IMG/VR virus record: IMGVR_UViG_3300023214_000728
Location: 1-27,644 of that record
Origin: a virus
Lineage: Duplodnaviria > Caudoviricetes
DNA length: 27,644 nt
Direction: 5' to 3' (one strand)
The number at the start of each line of letters is the position of its first letter. Within the stretch, counting starts at the first letter, position 1. The notes below the pieces were generated by a model. The model did not search any database, was not told the DNA's origin, and was given only the letters and a program-made list of their open reading frames with translations. A program made the translations under genes and the position numbers. Positions 15,781-25,000 of the stretch are shown here, piece by piece.

Positions 15781-17387
15781 CCCCTTAGAACATCCTCGAA
15801 GATTCTGTGGTCGGTCACTGGCCTTCCGCGGTCGTCCAATATGAAGACATGCGCAGAGGGTCGGGAAGGGTACCGAAGGCTTGTTTCGTAGTCGTCAGAC
15901 TCACCAAGGCTCTCCAGCCTCATGAGCGTGTGGTGGGCACCCTGCATCGACACCTCAAGTTCGTGTTTGTGGCCCACGTAGGTATAGAGATAGTTCGCGC
16001 CATGGAAGTCGTCGCCAGCCACCTCGCGAGCAACGCTTTCGGCCTGGGCCTTGGCCTTCCATCCTGTGAGCGAGCCTACCCCATACCCGTGATCTATCAC
16101 GTGAACAGATTCGCCGGTCCTGAAGTATCCAAAGTGGCCCGGGGATGTAGGCACCGTTACGCGTTCCTCGTTCTCGTAGTATACGTTGAGCAAGAACATG
16201 AACTGCCAGAAATCAAAGCCATCGTGGTTGCCCTTTGCACCACCGACCCACACTTCGTCAGAAACCTCCAACATACGGTCCACGGAGTACGTACATGCCT
16301 CAAACGCCTGCGCCCACACCTTAGCGCCGCGAGTATCTTGATCCAGTTTCGTCTCGTGTATGGTTTTACCGATCAGAGCATGGAACAGGTCGCCTATGAA
16401 CGTTCTGTATACCTTCGTGCAACGCACGCCGTGTGACCTTATGATGTCTGCTGATGCGTCTGCATGGCGCTTAAGGCGCTCACATGATATCTTCGTATCG
16501 TAGTTTTCACCGAAGCTCTCGACCGCCCACACTTCCTTGCCGATATGTTCATCTGTTGTCGGGACATGGGCTTCAAACGATGTAGGTGAATCGTGGTTCG
16601 ATGGCATGTCCCTGGGTTCCGCACGCCCTACGCCATCCAGCATGATCGCAGCGTTCTCTACCATACGACCATGAGATGCACGTTCGCGCAGGAGCTTGAT
16701 GTAGTCTCTGCGCACCTGCCTGTCTCGTTTGTCCTGTAATCCATGCAGGAACTTCAGTTCAAGGCGTTCTACCGTGTTGTCGATTAGCGGCTCAAGGTCA
16801 TCTTTGTGCTCTGCAATGGTTTCCCTGCAAGCGGGCGCAGATGCCTTGTATTGTCCGTATTTGCTTAGTGCTCTGTTGAGCATGGGCTTGGGTATGCCGT
16901 ACTCTCTGGCAACCTGGGCCTGTGTCCTACCGTTCCCGTGTTCCGAATAGTCGAAGCAAATCGAGTTCCACGTATCGAAATCGACAGTGAGCAATCGGTC
17001 GTTGATGGAGAAGATGAACTTGCCGTCGATCAACGAGTAGTCACGCATGTCTTCTGCGCCCTCTACGTCCCAGTCACCATCGTCTTCATCGTAACGTGCA
17101 GCATACGAATCCAGGAAGTCGGGTACGTGTGCTGTGGATGTTACAGTCTCGACAATCTCGGTGATGCGCTCAAGGGTGCCTTCCGGGTCCTCTTCGATGT
17201 TCAGGGGAACCGCATCCAACTCGCCCTCAGACGGCTCCCAATTCGTCATTCTTGCGTAGCGCTTCTGCATCGCATTGGCAGACAGGCCAAGTTGAGGCTC
17301 CAGGTCCTGAACCAACGACCACTGTCTATCATACAGGTCACCTGCACGAAAAACAGCAGCCCGAATCTCACTGTCAGAATATTCCAT
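15777..17387 (-). CDS. Calcineurin-like metallophosphoesterase with N-terminal acidic and HTH-like regions
   Basis: TDEHIGK, IGDLFH, GNHD, DHG and VGHKH motifs, plus HTH-like RTQAQVAREYGIPKPMLNRAL. ATG at 17387 is preferred over the track's TTG at 17417. Confidence 0.85.
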   Translation of the reverse strand: MEYSDSEIRAAVFRAGDLYDRQWSLVQDLEPQLGLSANAMQKRYARMTNWEPSEGELDAVPLNIEEDPEGTLERITEIVETVTSTAHVPDFLDSYAARYDEDDGDWDVEGAEDMRDYSLIDGKFIFSINDRLLTVDFDTWNSICFDYSEHGNGRTQAQVAREYGIPKPMLNRALSKYGQYKASAPACRETIAEHKDDLEPLIDNTVERLELKFLHGLQDKRDRQVRRDYIKLLRERASHGRMVENAAIMLDGVGRAEPRDMPSNHDSPTSFEAHVPTTDEHIGKEVWAVESFGENYDTKISCERLKRHADASADIIRSHGVRCTKVYRTFIGDLFHALIGKTIHETKLDQDTRGAKVWAQAFEACTYSVDRMLEVSDEVWVGGAKGNHDGFDFWQFMFLLNVYYENEERVTVPTSPGHFGYFRTGESVHVIDHGYGVGSLTGWKAKAQAESVAREVAGDDFHGANYLYTYVGHKHELEVSMQGAHHTLMRLESLGESDDYETSLRYPSRPSAHVFILDDRGRPVTDHRIFEDVLRG

Positions 17388-17450
17388 CAATAGCCCTTTT
17401 CGGTTCGCTGGAAACAACGAAGATTGTATAATCTATGGCAATCAGCAAGG

Positions 17451-17488
17451 AAAAAGCAAGGGCCAGAATAGCCGAAGCCATTCTAGCC
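17451..17488 (-). terminator. Intrinsic terminator after the lysis cassette
   Basis: The minus strand reads GGCTAGAATGGC-TTCG-GCTATTCTGGCC, a 12-bp stem with two G-U pairs and a cUUCGg loop, followed by CTTGCTTTTT. Confidence 0.8.
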
Positions 17489-17513
17489 AATGTGTTATTC
17501 AGCATGTCGTGGA

Positions 17514-18257
17514 TCAGAAGATCCTTGCGACCTGTACGATTATGCACCCCATAGCAGCCGACTCTACAGCCTTACGAACATCGGAATCGTTCATGTAAGA
17601 AAGTGCGCCCAACCCAACCCCGGCACCTATACACCCGATATTATACGGATCCTTTATCCATGGTTCAGACGGTGGCTCGTTGGGCACAAAGGTCACCCTC
17701 GGGATGCGTAACGTCACCTTGTCAGAACTCGGTTCAGCAAATACAACCTTCCTACCGTCAGGCAAGTCTGTGTGCAGAAGCTCGCCCGATATTTCAACCT
17801 GATACTTCCATAGGCACGATGCACTAAGCACCTCACACCGGACGCTAAGTTCCACCACCTCATCGGAATACTCAGATGTTATGCTGTCCACCACGGCAAG
17901 GCTATCTACACCACGGACGACAACTGCTGGTGTAGTAGCCGTATCAGCGGCAGAGCCCTCGATGTCTATAACGGTTCCGCCATCTGCGCCAGTCGCTTCA
18001 AGGCGTGCTATGGCGTCGTTTAGCGCACCAACGGTATCGTCTCTTGAGATCCTGAGATCCTCGAAGCTTGATACCTGTTCGCCAACCCTGAACTCAAGGC
18101 TGTCGATTTCGGCTTCGGCAAGGAATAGTTCGGATGCTGCCTCATCTCGTGCATCCTGCTCTTGTTGAACCCGATACATCTGATAGCCAAGGGCGACAAC
18201 AAGAACCCCAATCACAACCAGCAGTATCTTGTTCAACATGCTCACCCTTGCCTCCAT
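17514..18257 (-). CDS. Spanin-like (Rz-like) membrane protein: N-terminal TM, coiled coil, beta-rich region, hydrophobic C-terminus
   Basis: Signal anchor ILLVVIGVLVVALGY followed by a coiled coil. It is the last gene of the lysis cassette. The start may be ATG 18239. Confidence 0.6.
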   Translation of the reverse strand: MEARVSMLNKILLVVIGVLVVALGYQMYRVQQEQDARDEAASELFLAEAEIDSLEFRVGEQVSSFEDLRISRDDTVGALNDAIARLEATGADGGTVIDIEGSAADTATTPAVVVRGVDSLAVVDSITSEYSDEVVELSVRCEVLSASCLWKYQVEISGELLHTDLPDGRKVVFAEPSSDKVTLRIPRVTFVPNEPPSEPWIKDPYNIGCIGAGVGLGALSYMNDSDVRKAVESAAMGCIIVQVARIF

Positions 18258-18454
18258 TCCGTTTTTATTGTCTCTGTTTTTGCATTACATGAACGACATA
18301 CCATCGCTGGCGTGAAGTGCACCATACAGTGTCTACTTGCACAACGCCTCAATGGCCCATACTCATCCGTATGGTCGCAGGACCCGGGAAGCCGCACCTT
18401 GACCTCGCCGTCAGTTGTAGAGCCGTCCCCCGATGTACCATCTTCGTCGTACAT
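18242..18454 (-). CDS. Small Cys/His-rich (putative Zn-binding) protein
   Basis: ATG lies 1 nt after the endolysin stop (the track start is GTG 18502). Contains CDH...CASRHC..H.....CRSC. Confidence 0.55.
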   Translation of the reverse strand: MYDEDGTSGDGSTTDGEVKVRLPGSCDHTDEYGPLRRCASRHCMVHFTPAMVCRSCNAKTETIKTEWRQG

Positions 18455-18455
18455 A

Positions 18456-18980
18456 TCAGAAACCAGTCCAAATCCTGGGTGATTTGTTGTCCTCGTGGGC
18501 ACTCAAGTCGATGTGCAACCCTGATGCCTCAGACGCATGGTCCGGCCACCCGTCTTCGCCTCTACGGTCCTTACCTGGGTACGCGCCCAACCTCACCGCC
18601 CCACTTCGGATCGCATAGATCATGATAACGGCGCGTTCGTAGGAATTAAAGACCTGTAGATCAACTGCTCTACACGGCCTCTTTTTGTGTGCAGACTTGG
18701 ATACGCCTGTATCAGAATCCAGCGGGCGAGCATCGTCATTTATCCTGAGCGGAACATCCCAATCAATATTACCCTCTTGATACTCGTCATGGATGCAGAT
18801 TCTCACACCGTACAGCCACCGCAGGAAATGTACATCCATCTCCCACGGGTTGTTGAATTCACTTGCCATGAAACCAGGATAACCTGTATCACTATCGGGC
18901 GCTATTTCGTCCCATACACTGTGACCTTCTGTAGCGAACTCTGGATCAACCTGCGCCAGAGGGGAGTCCCACTTATTCAT
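18456..18980 (-). CDS. Endolysin, peptidase M15 (Hedgehog/DD-peptidase fold)
   Basis: RINDDAR...SAHKKRPCRAVDL...RLGAY...LHIDL supplies the S-x-H, AxD and HxD zinc ligands. Lies downstream of the holin. Confidence 0.88.
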   Translation of the reverse strand: MNKWDSPLAQVDPEFATEGHSVWDEIAPDSDTGYPGFMASEFNNPWEMDVHFLRWLYGVRICIHDEYQEGNIDWDVPLRINDDARPLDSDTGVSKSAHKKRPCRAVDLQVFNSYERAVIMIYAIRSGAVRLGAYPGKDRRGEDGWPDHASEASGLHIDLSAHEDNKSPRIWTGF

Positions 18981-19221
18981 CAGCTCCCCCGCTCTTTGAC
19001 GACGTGATCGCCTTCAGCACCCCTGACAGGTCGATGGATTTCATCCACGCCAACGTCGTCTTCGGTGACACAAATGTAGCACCCATCGTCAAGATTATGA
19101 TACCAACTACATCTCTACCATAGAATACAAGGACGGCACCAAACAGAGATGCGGCCAAGCCATACGCCGTCCTCTTGAGGCGATCCCTCATGTACTCCTT
19201 GCTCTCGTCATTCGTTCTCAT
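18973..19221 (-). CDS. Putative holin (two TM helices)
   Basis: 82 aa with two hydrophobic helices and charged termini, immediately upstream of the endolysin. Confidence 0.65.
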   Translation of the reverse strand: MRTNDESKEYMRDRLKRTAYGLAASLFGAVLVFYGRDVVGIIILTMGATFVSPKTTLAWMKSIDLSGVLKAITSSKSGGADE

Positions 19222-19816
19222 ATACTGTCCCCAGTTCGTATAAGTTTCTTCCGTCTACCGGCTTGATCGTGCCGAAATAACCGACCAACACACCGTACTC
19301 ATCTTTAATCGGATACGCATGAGATACTACCGGATGTTCTCCCGTAACCGTCTTGATGTCATAGGTCGCCAGAAACTCTCTGCCCTCCCTGACGGCGGCT
19401 TTCCAGTCTGCGTCTACGGCATCGCGATCTCTCTCACTCACAAACTGTAGCCACCCGGTGCCGACAACCTGTTCAAACTGCATCCCGGTAACGGACAACA
19501 GGGTTCTGTTCACATATTCCGTGTCCCCTTTTTGGTCACAACGATACACCCCATATGTGAGATCCTGTAGCAACGCAATCTGCCCACCACCAACAACTAT
19601 AAGCTGTCGCTCGATTCGGTCAATCGCATCTTTCATAGACTTGCCACCGTTGGGCGTAAGCTCTTCCTCGACCCTCTTCAGCACCCTGGCTATGGATATG
19701 ATATAGCGTATAGCGGCCATGAACTTCTTGCCACCTACCCACAGTGCGCCAATAGCAGCCGAAATTCCGGTGATGATCCCAACCCAATCAGGAATGCCAG
19801 AAAAAGAACCTAGCAC
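19208..19816 (-). CDS. Membrane-anchored PAS-domain protein (TM + PNGGxS motif + PAS)
   Basis: GTG start after an AGGAGG SD. TM WVGIITGISAAIGALWVGG, then LTPNGGKSMKDAIDRIE, then PAS signature GVYRCDQKGDTEYVN...TG...VGTGWLQFVSERDR...PIKDEYGVLVGYFGT. Confidence 0.88.
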   Translation of the reverse strand: MLGSFSGIPDWVGIITGISAAIGALWVGGKKFMAAIRYIISIARVLKRVEEELTPNGGKSMKDAIDRIERQLIVVGGGQIALLQDLTYGVYRCDQKGDTEYVNRTLLSVTGMQFEQVVGTGWLQFVSERDRDAVDADWKAAVREGREFLATYDIKTVTGEHPVVSHAYPIKDEYGVLVGYFGTIKPVDGRNLYELGTVYENE

Positions 19817-19930
19817 TCTCTCCCTCCTGTAGTTAAACAAGTAACCCGCATGTGACACCTCTATGAAACATAACACAACTAAAACACAAGTTCGACCGGG
19901 TGTGCTGACCGTATATGTTGATGTGCTGAG

Positions 19931-22015
19931 TCACTGTGTGCAGAACACGGATTGTGACGCAGAGTCCTTGGGGGTATCGCCCTGATACCTGACCTCTATG
20001 TTGATCGTATCCCCGCCAGAGCCACCGGGTTCAATATCTGTGACCGTTTGTGGCGAGGAACTATGCGATACGCTTGTCCACGAACTCCACGTTCCTCCGT
20101 TCACGTTCGTCCTGTATTCCCAACCCTGTGCGCGTTCCGTGGAGTTGCTGCCAGTATGGTCCACGGTGAGGTCCATATTGATCGTCGGACAATGGCTCGC
20201 GTCCTGACTGAACCCGGTGATCTGTGGTGCGTCTACGTGTGTACGTGCTTCTTCGGTTGTGCTCCACACCCACGCGCTATCCGGGTGCGGAGAACTTGGA
20301 TCAGCCTCATTGCGTCCACGTGCCCTCCAAGAGTAGTTCGTGTCAGAAGCAAGCCCGGCTTCTTCGGTATCACCAGCAAGCGTATCGTTTTCGTTCGGCG
20401 TGCCGGACCCGGAAACGTAGTACACCTCAAAGTCGTCTACGTCCTGTCCCCCAATCGTGTATTCTATGGTGTCGCCAGTGTCGTCTTTTGGTGCGGGTAC
20501 ACTCAGCCAGTCTACAGACGACGGAGCAAGCGGCTTCGTCCACATGCCGGTTAGCTCGTTTGACCACGAACTCGCATCACCACAATCGTTAACCTCACGG
20601 ATCTGTGCATGGAACTCATCGTCATCGTTCAGTCCAGATATGGTTACCGATGTTGCAGACCCAGCCACCGTATCTGTAGCCGAGTCGCTGAACGCCACAC
20701 CGACAGCGCGAACCTCGATCTCTACATTATCAGTAACCCCTGAGCCACTGAGCGTCCAGTTGAGGTCGAAGCCATCGGTCGTTTCGGTTGTGGCGCTGTC
20801 GAGTGTCGGTGCGCCGGGCTCGGTTTCTATGCCCTCAGCGGACGTGGGCAGGCTCTCTGTCTCGCCTGCGACGTTTATCGCAACGACCCGCCACCTATAT
20901 TGCTTTCCTGACGTTAACGGTGAATGCGTGAACGTCATGTTGAAGTCCTGAGTGAACTGTGCAGGGTCTAGTTCGTTGCCAGCGGTAGACCACGATGCGG
21001 GCCACGGGTCGCCACATGCCCTATTCTGGAACTCGATTCTGTACGAGTCTGCGTTAGCCGGAACGCCCTCATCCCACTGTATCGTCCTAGACGTACCAGT
21101 TCCCGTGACACTATCTATCGTCGGCGCACCCGGCTCCCTGATCTCGTTAACAAAACTGTCGCTTGTGAACGGAGCATCGTCAGAGTCTTCGGTTCTTCCT
21201 TGTGCAGCAACGTGTATAGTCTGGTTATGTGACCACGATGAGTCGCCTGTCGAGGTTGTGCCTGAGACGATCTGCGATTCCGTGAAATCACCCAGAATGC
21301 TTGCGGCATTGAATTCGGATAGTGTCGTTATCGCAGCAGTATCCCAAACTAATCTTATTTCCGTCGCGTTTGCTGGCATACTGGTTAAGCTGAAGTCACC
21401 CTGCTGGTCTTCACTTGCATCGTCCTGTAATACATCGAACGCACCCGGTGTTTCCGTCACCCTGGACTTGCGGGTGCTTACATCCGATGATGCCTCTTTC
21501 CATGGCGCTAATGTCGATCCCGCAGCAATACCCACACCACCGTCCGCATCAATATGCATCGCATAACGCACTCGGTATGTCGTGTCCGGAGACAGACCAG
21601 TGATTGTCATGCCAGTAGCCGAACGAGACGCATTCGCAGGCGAAGAGTCAGAATACCCGCCAGGCGTCCCGCCCACTACAACCGCTTGCTCGAACTGCCA
21701 TTCGTCAAAAGGGTAACCGTCACCGTCCGTGACAACCCCGCGATCATAAAATGAGTTCGTGATAGACGGCCACGACAGCAGAAGTTCAGTGTCCTGCCCA
21801 TCGGTGTTCTTCGGGTGCTGACTTACCGTCAGTATGTCGGCTTCCTTGAGGTCGGGCGGCCATATCAGTTTCCACGAAACACCACCATCGGGTGACTGTC
21901 TAACTATCACCAGAGAATAGCTTGTGCCGCCATCCTCAGAAACCTTAAGGTGGCCGAGAGCGTTGCTGAACGTCGCTCCTCCGTCCACTGAAATCTTAAC
22001 CTCACCAGCGGCCAC
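19931..22015 (-). CDS. Virion tail/adsorption protein with multiple fibronectin type III repeats
   Basis: Repeated FN3 signatures (TITGLSPDTTYRVR, LTSGKQYRWRVVAIN, TISGLNDDDEFHAQIR, GLASDTNYSWRAR) and three N-terminal S.DGG.. boxes. GTG start in a TAGTG overlap (the track start is 22036). Confidence 0.85.
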   Translation of the reverse strand: MAAGEVKISVDGGATFSNALGHLKVSEDGGTSYSLVIVRQSPDGGVSWKLIWPPDLKEADILTVSQHPKNTDGQDTELLLSWPSITNSFYDRGVVTDGDGYPFDEWQFEQAVVVGGTPGGYSDSSPANASRSATGMTITGLSPDTTYRVRYAMHIDADGGVGIAAGSTLAPWKEASSDVSTRKSRVTETPGAFDVLQDDASEDQQGDFSLTSMPANATEIRLVWDTAAITTLSEFNAASILGDFTESQIVSGTTSTGDSSWSHNQTIHVAAQGRTEDSDDAPFTSDSFVNEIREPGAPTIDSVTGTGTSRTIQWDEGVPANADSYRIEFQNRACGDPWPASWSTAGNELDPAQFTQDFNMTFTHSPLTSGKQYRWRVVAINVAGETESLPTSAEGIETEPGAPTLDSATTETTDGFDLNWTLSGSGVTDNVEIEVRAVGVAFSDSATDTVAGSATSVTISGLNDDDEFHAQIREVNDCGDASSWSNELTGMWTKPLAPSSVDWLSVPAPKDDTGDTIEYTIGGQDVDDFEVYYVSGSGTPNENDTLAGDTEEAGLASDTNYSWRARGRNEADPSSPHPDSAWVWSTTEEARTHVDAPQITGFSQDASHCPTINMDLTVDHTGSNSTERAQGWEYRTNVNGGTWSSWTSVSHSSSPQTVTDIEPGGSGGDTINIEVRYQGDTPKDSASQSVFCTQ

Positions 22016-25000
22016 TAAGACACTTCCTTGCCCCAAAGAATCGTGAGGTCGCTTGGCTTGCCTGTGGGTGCTGTACCCTGAACGAAGATGAAGTGCGTTG
22101 TTTCGACCTGTGGGTTGCCGTCATCGTCTGCGCTCAGGCCATGGTCCTGAACTGGCGAAAAGTTTTGTATGAACTCTGTATCGTTACCAGAGGTGAAGTT
22201 CGCCCCGTCATGCTTTTTCATCCTGACGCCGCCAGAAGCATCGTCGCTCGGAATAGCCCACTCAACGCGCTTCGCTGTGCCCTGGTTTGCGTTACCGCCG
22301 CCCCTGTCTACCCACGGAGTAATACTTATGAACGGGGTCGCAGTCGAGCCACCATCTGACCCCGAAAGCGAAACGCCTGATATATTGAACGTTACGGTGC
22401 GTACAGATCCCGTGGAACCCAGCGTGACCGTGTCTACGGTCTGGTCCGTCATGATGAGATCACCCTCACCATCTGATCTTTGAATCACAAGCTCGTCCGT
22501 GTCCGGACCCACCTCGACAGACACCTTTGGCTGCCAGTTGTTTACTGTGGAATAAAACATTCGCGCATCCAGTATATCGACATAGTTACCTTGTTCCCCT
22601 CCAGAACCGGGGGCCTCTATAACAATATCATATGCCTTGGCACTAGATACGCTGCCATCCTGTGTAGCAAAGTCGGTTGATGGTGTGCGATAGAACACTG
22701 CTCTGACGTATAACTTTTCTCCAGCACTGAGCGTCCAGTCTGTCGCCAGCGCAGAAAGGTCCTCTCTATGCGGGAACGATGCACCACTTACCTCGGTGCC
22801 ATCTGATGCACCAGTGGGGTTCTCGTGAGCCGTGTTGGATATATGCAGCCTCCACGAGCCCGTGTCTGAATCCTGTGCGTTAATAGACACGAACGGGATC
22901 CCGCCATCCTCGACTTCCCCGGTAATAGATCCAGTGGGTATAGCGTTGTCATCAACACGTATGCGCTGATGTTTCGGAGCGCCGTCTGCATTCGTGAATG
23001 CGAAGTTGCCGTCAGCATCCTCTGCGTTGAATACAATGTCTTTTTCTGTACCGCCGTCAGCAGGTTTGGTGACCGCTACCTCCGTAACTACCGGGTCTGT
23101 GGTCTGCCCTGTCTTTGTGAAGCCACCAGAATCCCAGTCTGGGTCAGATACACCTGCATCTATAACCTTGTAACCGAAGTCCACGGTAGCAGCACGACTC
23201 ACTGAGATAAATCGCACGCCCTCTTTTGTCGGATCGTCTGGAATAAAAGGGTGCCACGTGAGCTGTACAGCACTGCCAGCAGCACCGCTTGTTGATCTGG
23301 CGACCCTCAGAGGCCCTTCGGTGCCGCCTGAGTCGCCACCGTCCACATCTGAGTAGGCACGTACCGCTGCCTTCACCGTGGCCGCTGGAGAGCCTGTGAG
23401 GACCTGTATCTGGTCGTCCGTGGACAGCGTTCCTTCTGTACCGCCGCCCATACCGTCTACATGCGCCGGGTCGTCGGGCTCAGAGCCATCGGTGGTTACA
23501 TTGTACCGGATGCTTTGTGCTGCCAGTGTCCTGAACGGGTTGAGATACCAGTCAGAGCCATCCTGATCCAAGATGGGCTGACAGTCTACAGTAAGCCCGG
23601 TGTTCACGCGCTTGAACTCTATCAGCGCCCCGTCGCGCCCTGCACCAGACGCTTCGCTGAACGCGACAACCGTAATAAACGCAGTATCGCCTAAGTCGGG
23701 GGCAATTACATCGCCCTCTGTGGGCTGAAAGTCGTCTTCTTCGGCAGAGTTTTGTGTAGCCCCGGAACCCAAAACAAACGATCTGGTGGGCTGGGCTGTA
23801 TCGTCTATGCTGTACTTAATCGACTGCCCGATTTCGTTCAACCGATACTTGATGTGTACGCTGCCAGCCTCGTCCAACCACGCATCTATCCAGTCGAACA
23901 TCGGCGCGGTGTTTTTTATAGGGTCTGCATCGTCACGACCCGGGTGTGCGATCTCAACATCCGTCAACGTCTTCGGGCGACTCTCTAGCGTGGTCTTCTG
24001 AACGTGTCCCTGAACAATGTCGCGCTCAAGCTTCATCACCCTGAGATCAACGTCGGAAGCCAACTCAGCGTCGATTACCCGTACCTTGCCGCCAAGGGTC
24101 AGTTCATCGAACTCATATACGTCCGGGTTGATGCCCTCAACGTCGATGAGAGACACAGCATAAGACACGTCTGCGTTTCGCTTATCAAGCAGTTCGTTTG
24201 CGCTTCTGCGCCACAGTTCGTTTGCCGCGTTCTCTGCAACGAAAACCTTAGCGTTTGGGGCGTTGGTTATCATCGCTGAGTCGAGGTACCATTCCGCAGC
24301 GCCGCCGTCCGACAACACGTTGATCTTCACCGTGCCGGACTCCAGCAGTATGCCTTCGATCCTTAGGTCAACCCACTGCCCCGTTTCCTCCGTCCACGCC
24401 TTTTTTGTCGGTGGCGGGAATGTGCCCATGGTGCTGTGTTCTAGCTCAAGTCTAACGGCACCAGAAACCACCCACAGGCTAATCAGCGCAGAATAGTATG
24501 GCTGATCGCTAGACGGGGATATGTTGATCGCATCCGATGATACACCATCACCCGATGCAGACGAAACCAGGTGCCAAGAAGAACCACCGACCCGCGTGAA
24601 GTTCGCACTCGTATTCTCTTCTGACGTAGATAGCGTTCCGACCAACGACCAATTATCAGCAACACCACCTGTGAATGAATCGAGCTTCGGTGTACCGATG
24701 ATGTTGCTGGCTTGTATCAGGTCATCAGCAGTTAGTGTGCCGGGGATGGCACCGAGAGACGATACGGAAGCAGAATCTTCGAGATATGTAACATGGTCAC
24801 CAGAAGAGTTCCTGAATATACGTAGCCTGTCGCCTACCGAGAAGTTGCCGGGTGTGCCGACTGTCAGCGTGCCGGGATTCGCGGAGTCGCTGATCTGCTG
24901 TAGCCCGGTACCGTCCTTGTTGCCGACATAAAGGCCGTTCAGAGCATCGTCCTCCCATACTGGGGTGCCCTTAAGAGTGAGCGGGCTATTGGACGTTACC

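Noticed and set aside
17420-17460. Defined sigma70 promoter for the phosphoesterase gene
   Set aside because: TACAAT and TAGATT are -10-like, but no convincing -35 lies at the correct spacing, so it is not called as a feature.
18020-18211. Nested minus-strand ORF as a possible Rz1/o-spanin
   Set aside because: It has no proper signal peptide or lipobox (LAIRC has Arg at -1 and the hydrophobic stretch is short) and no clear RBS.
19877-19930. Terminator after the FN3 tail gene
   Set aside because: A T-rich stretch is present on the minus strand, but the stem is weak and irregular.
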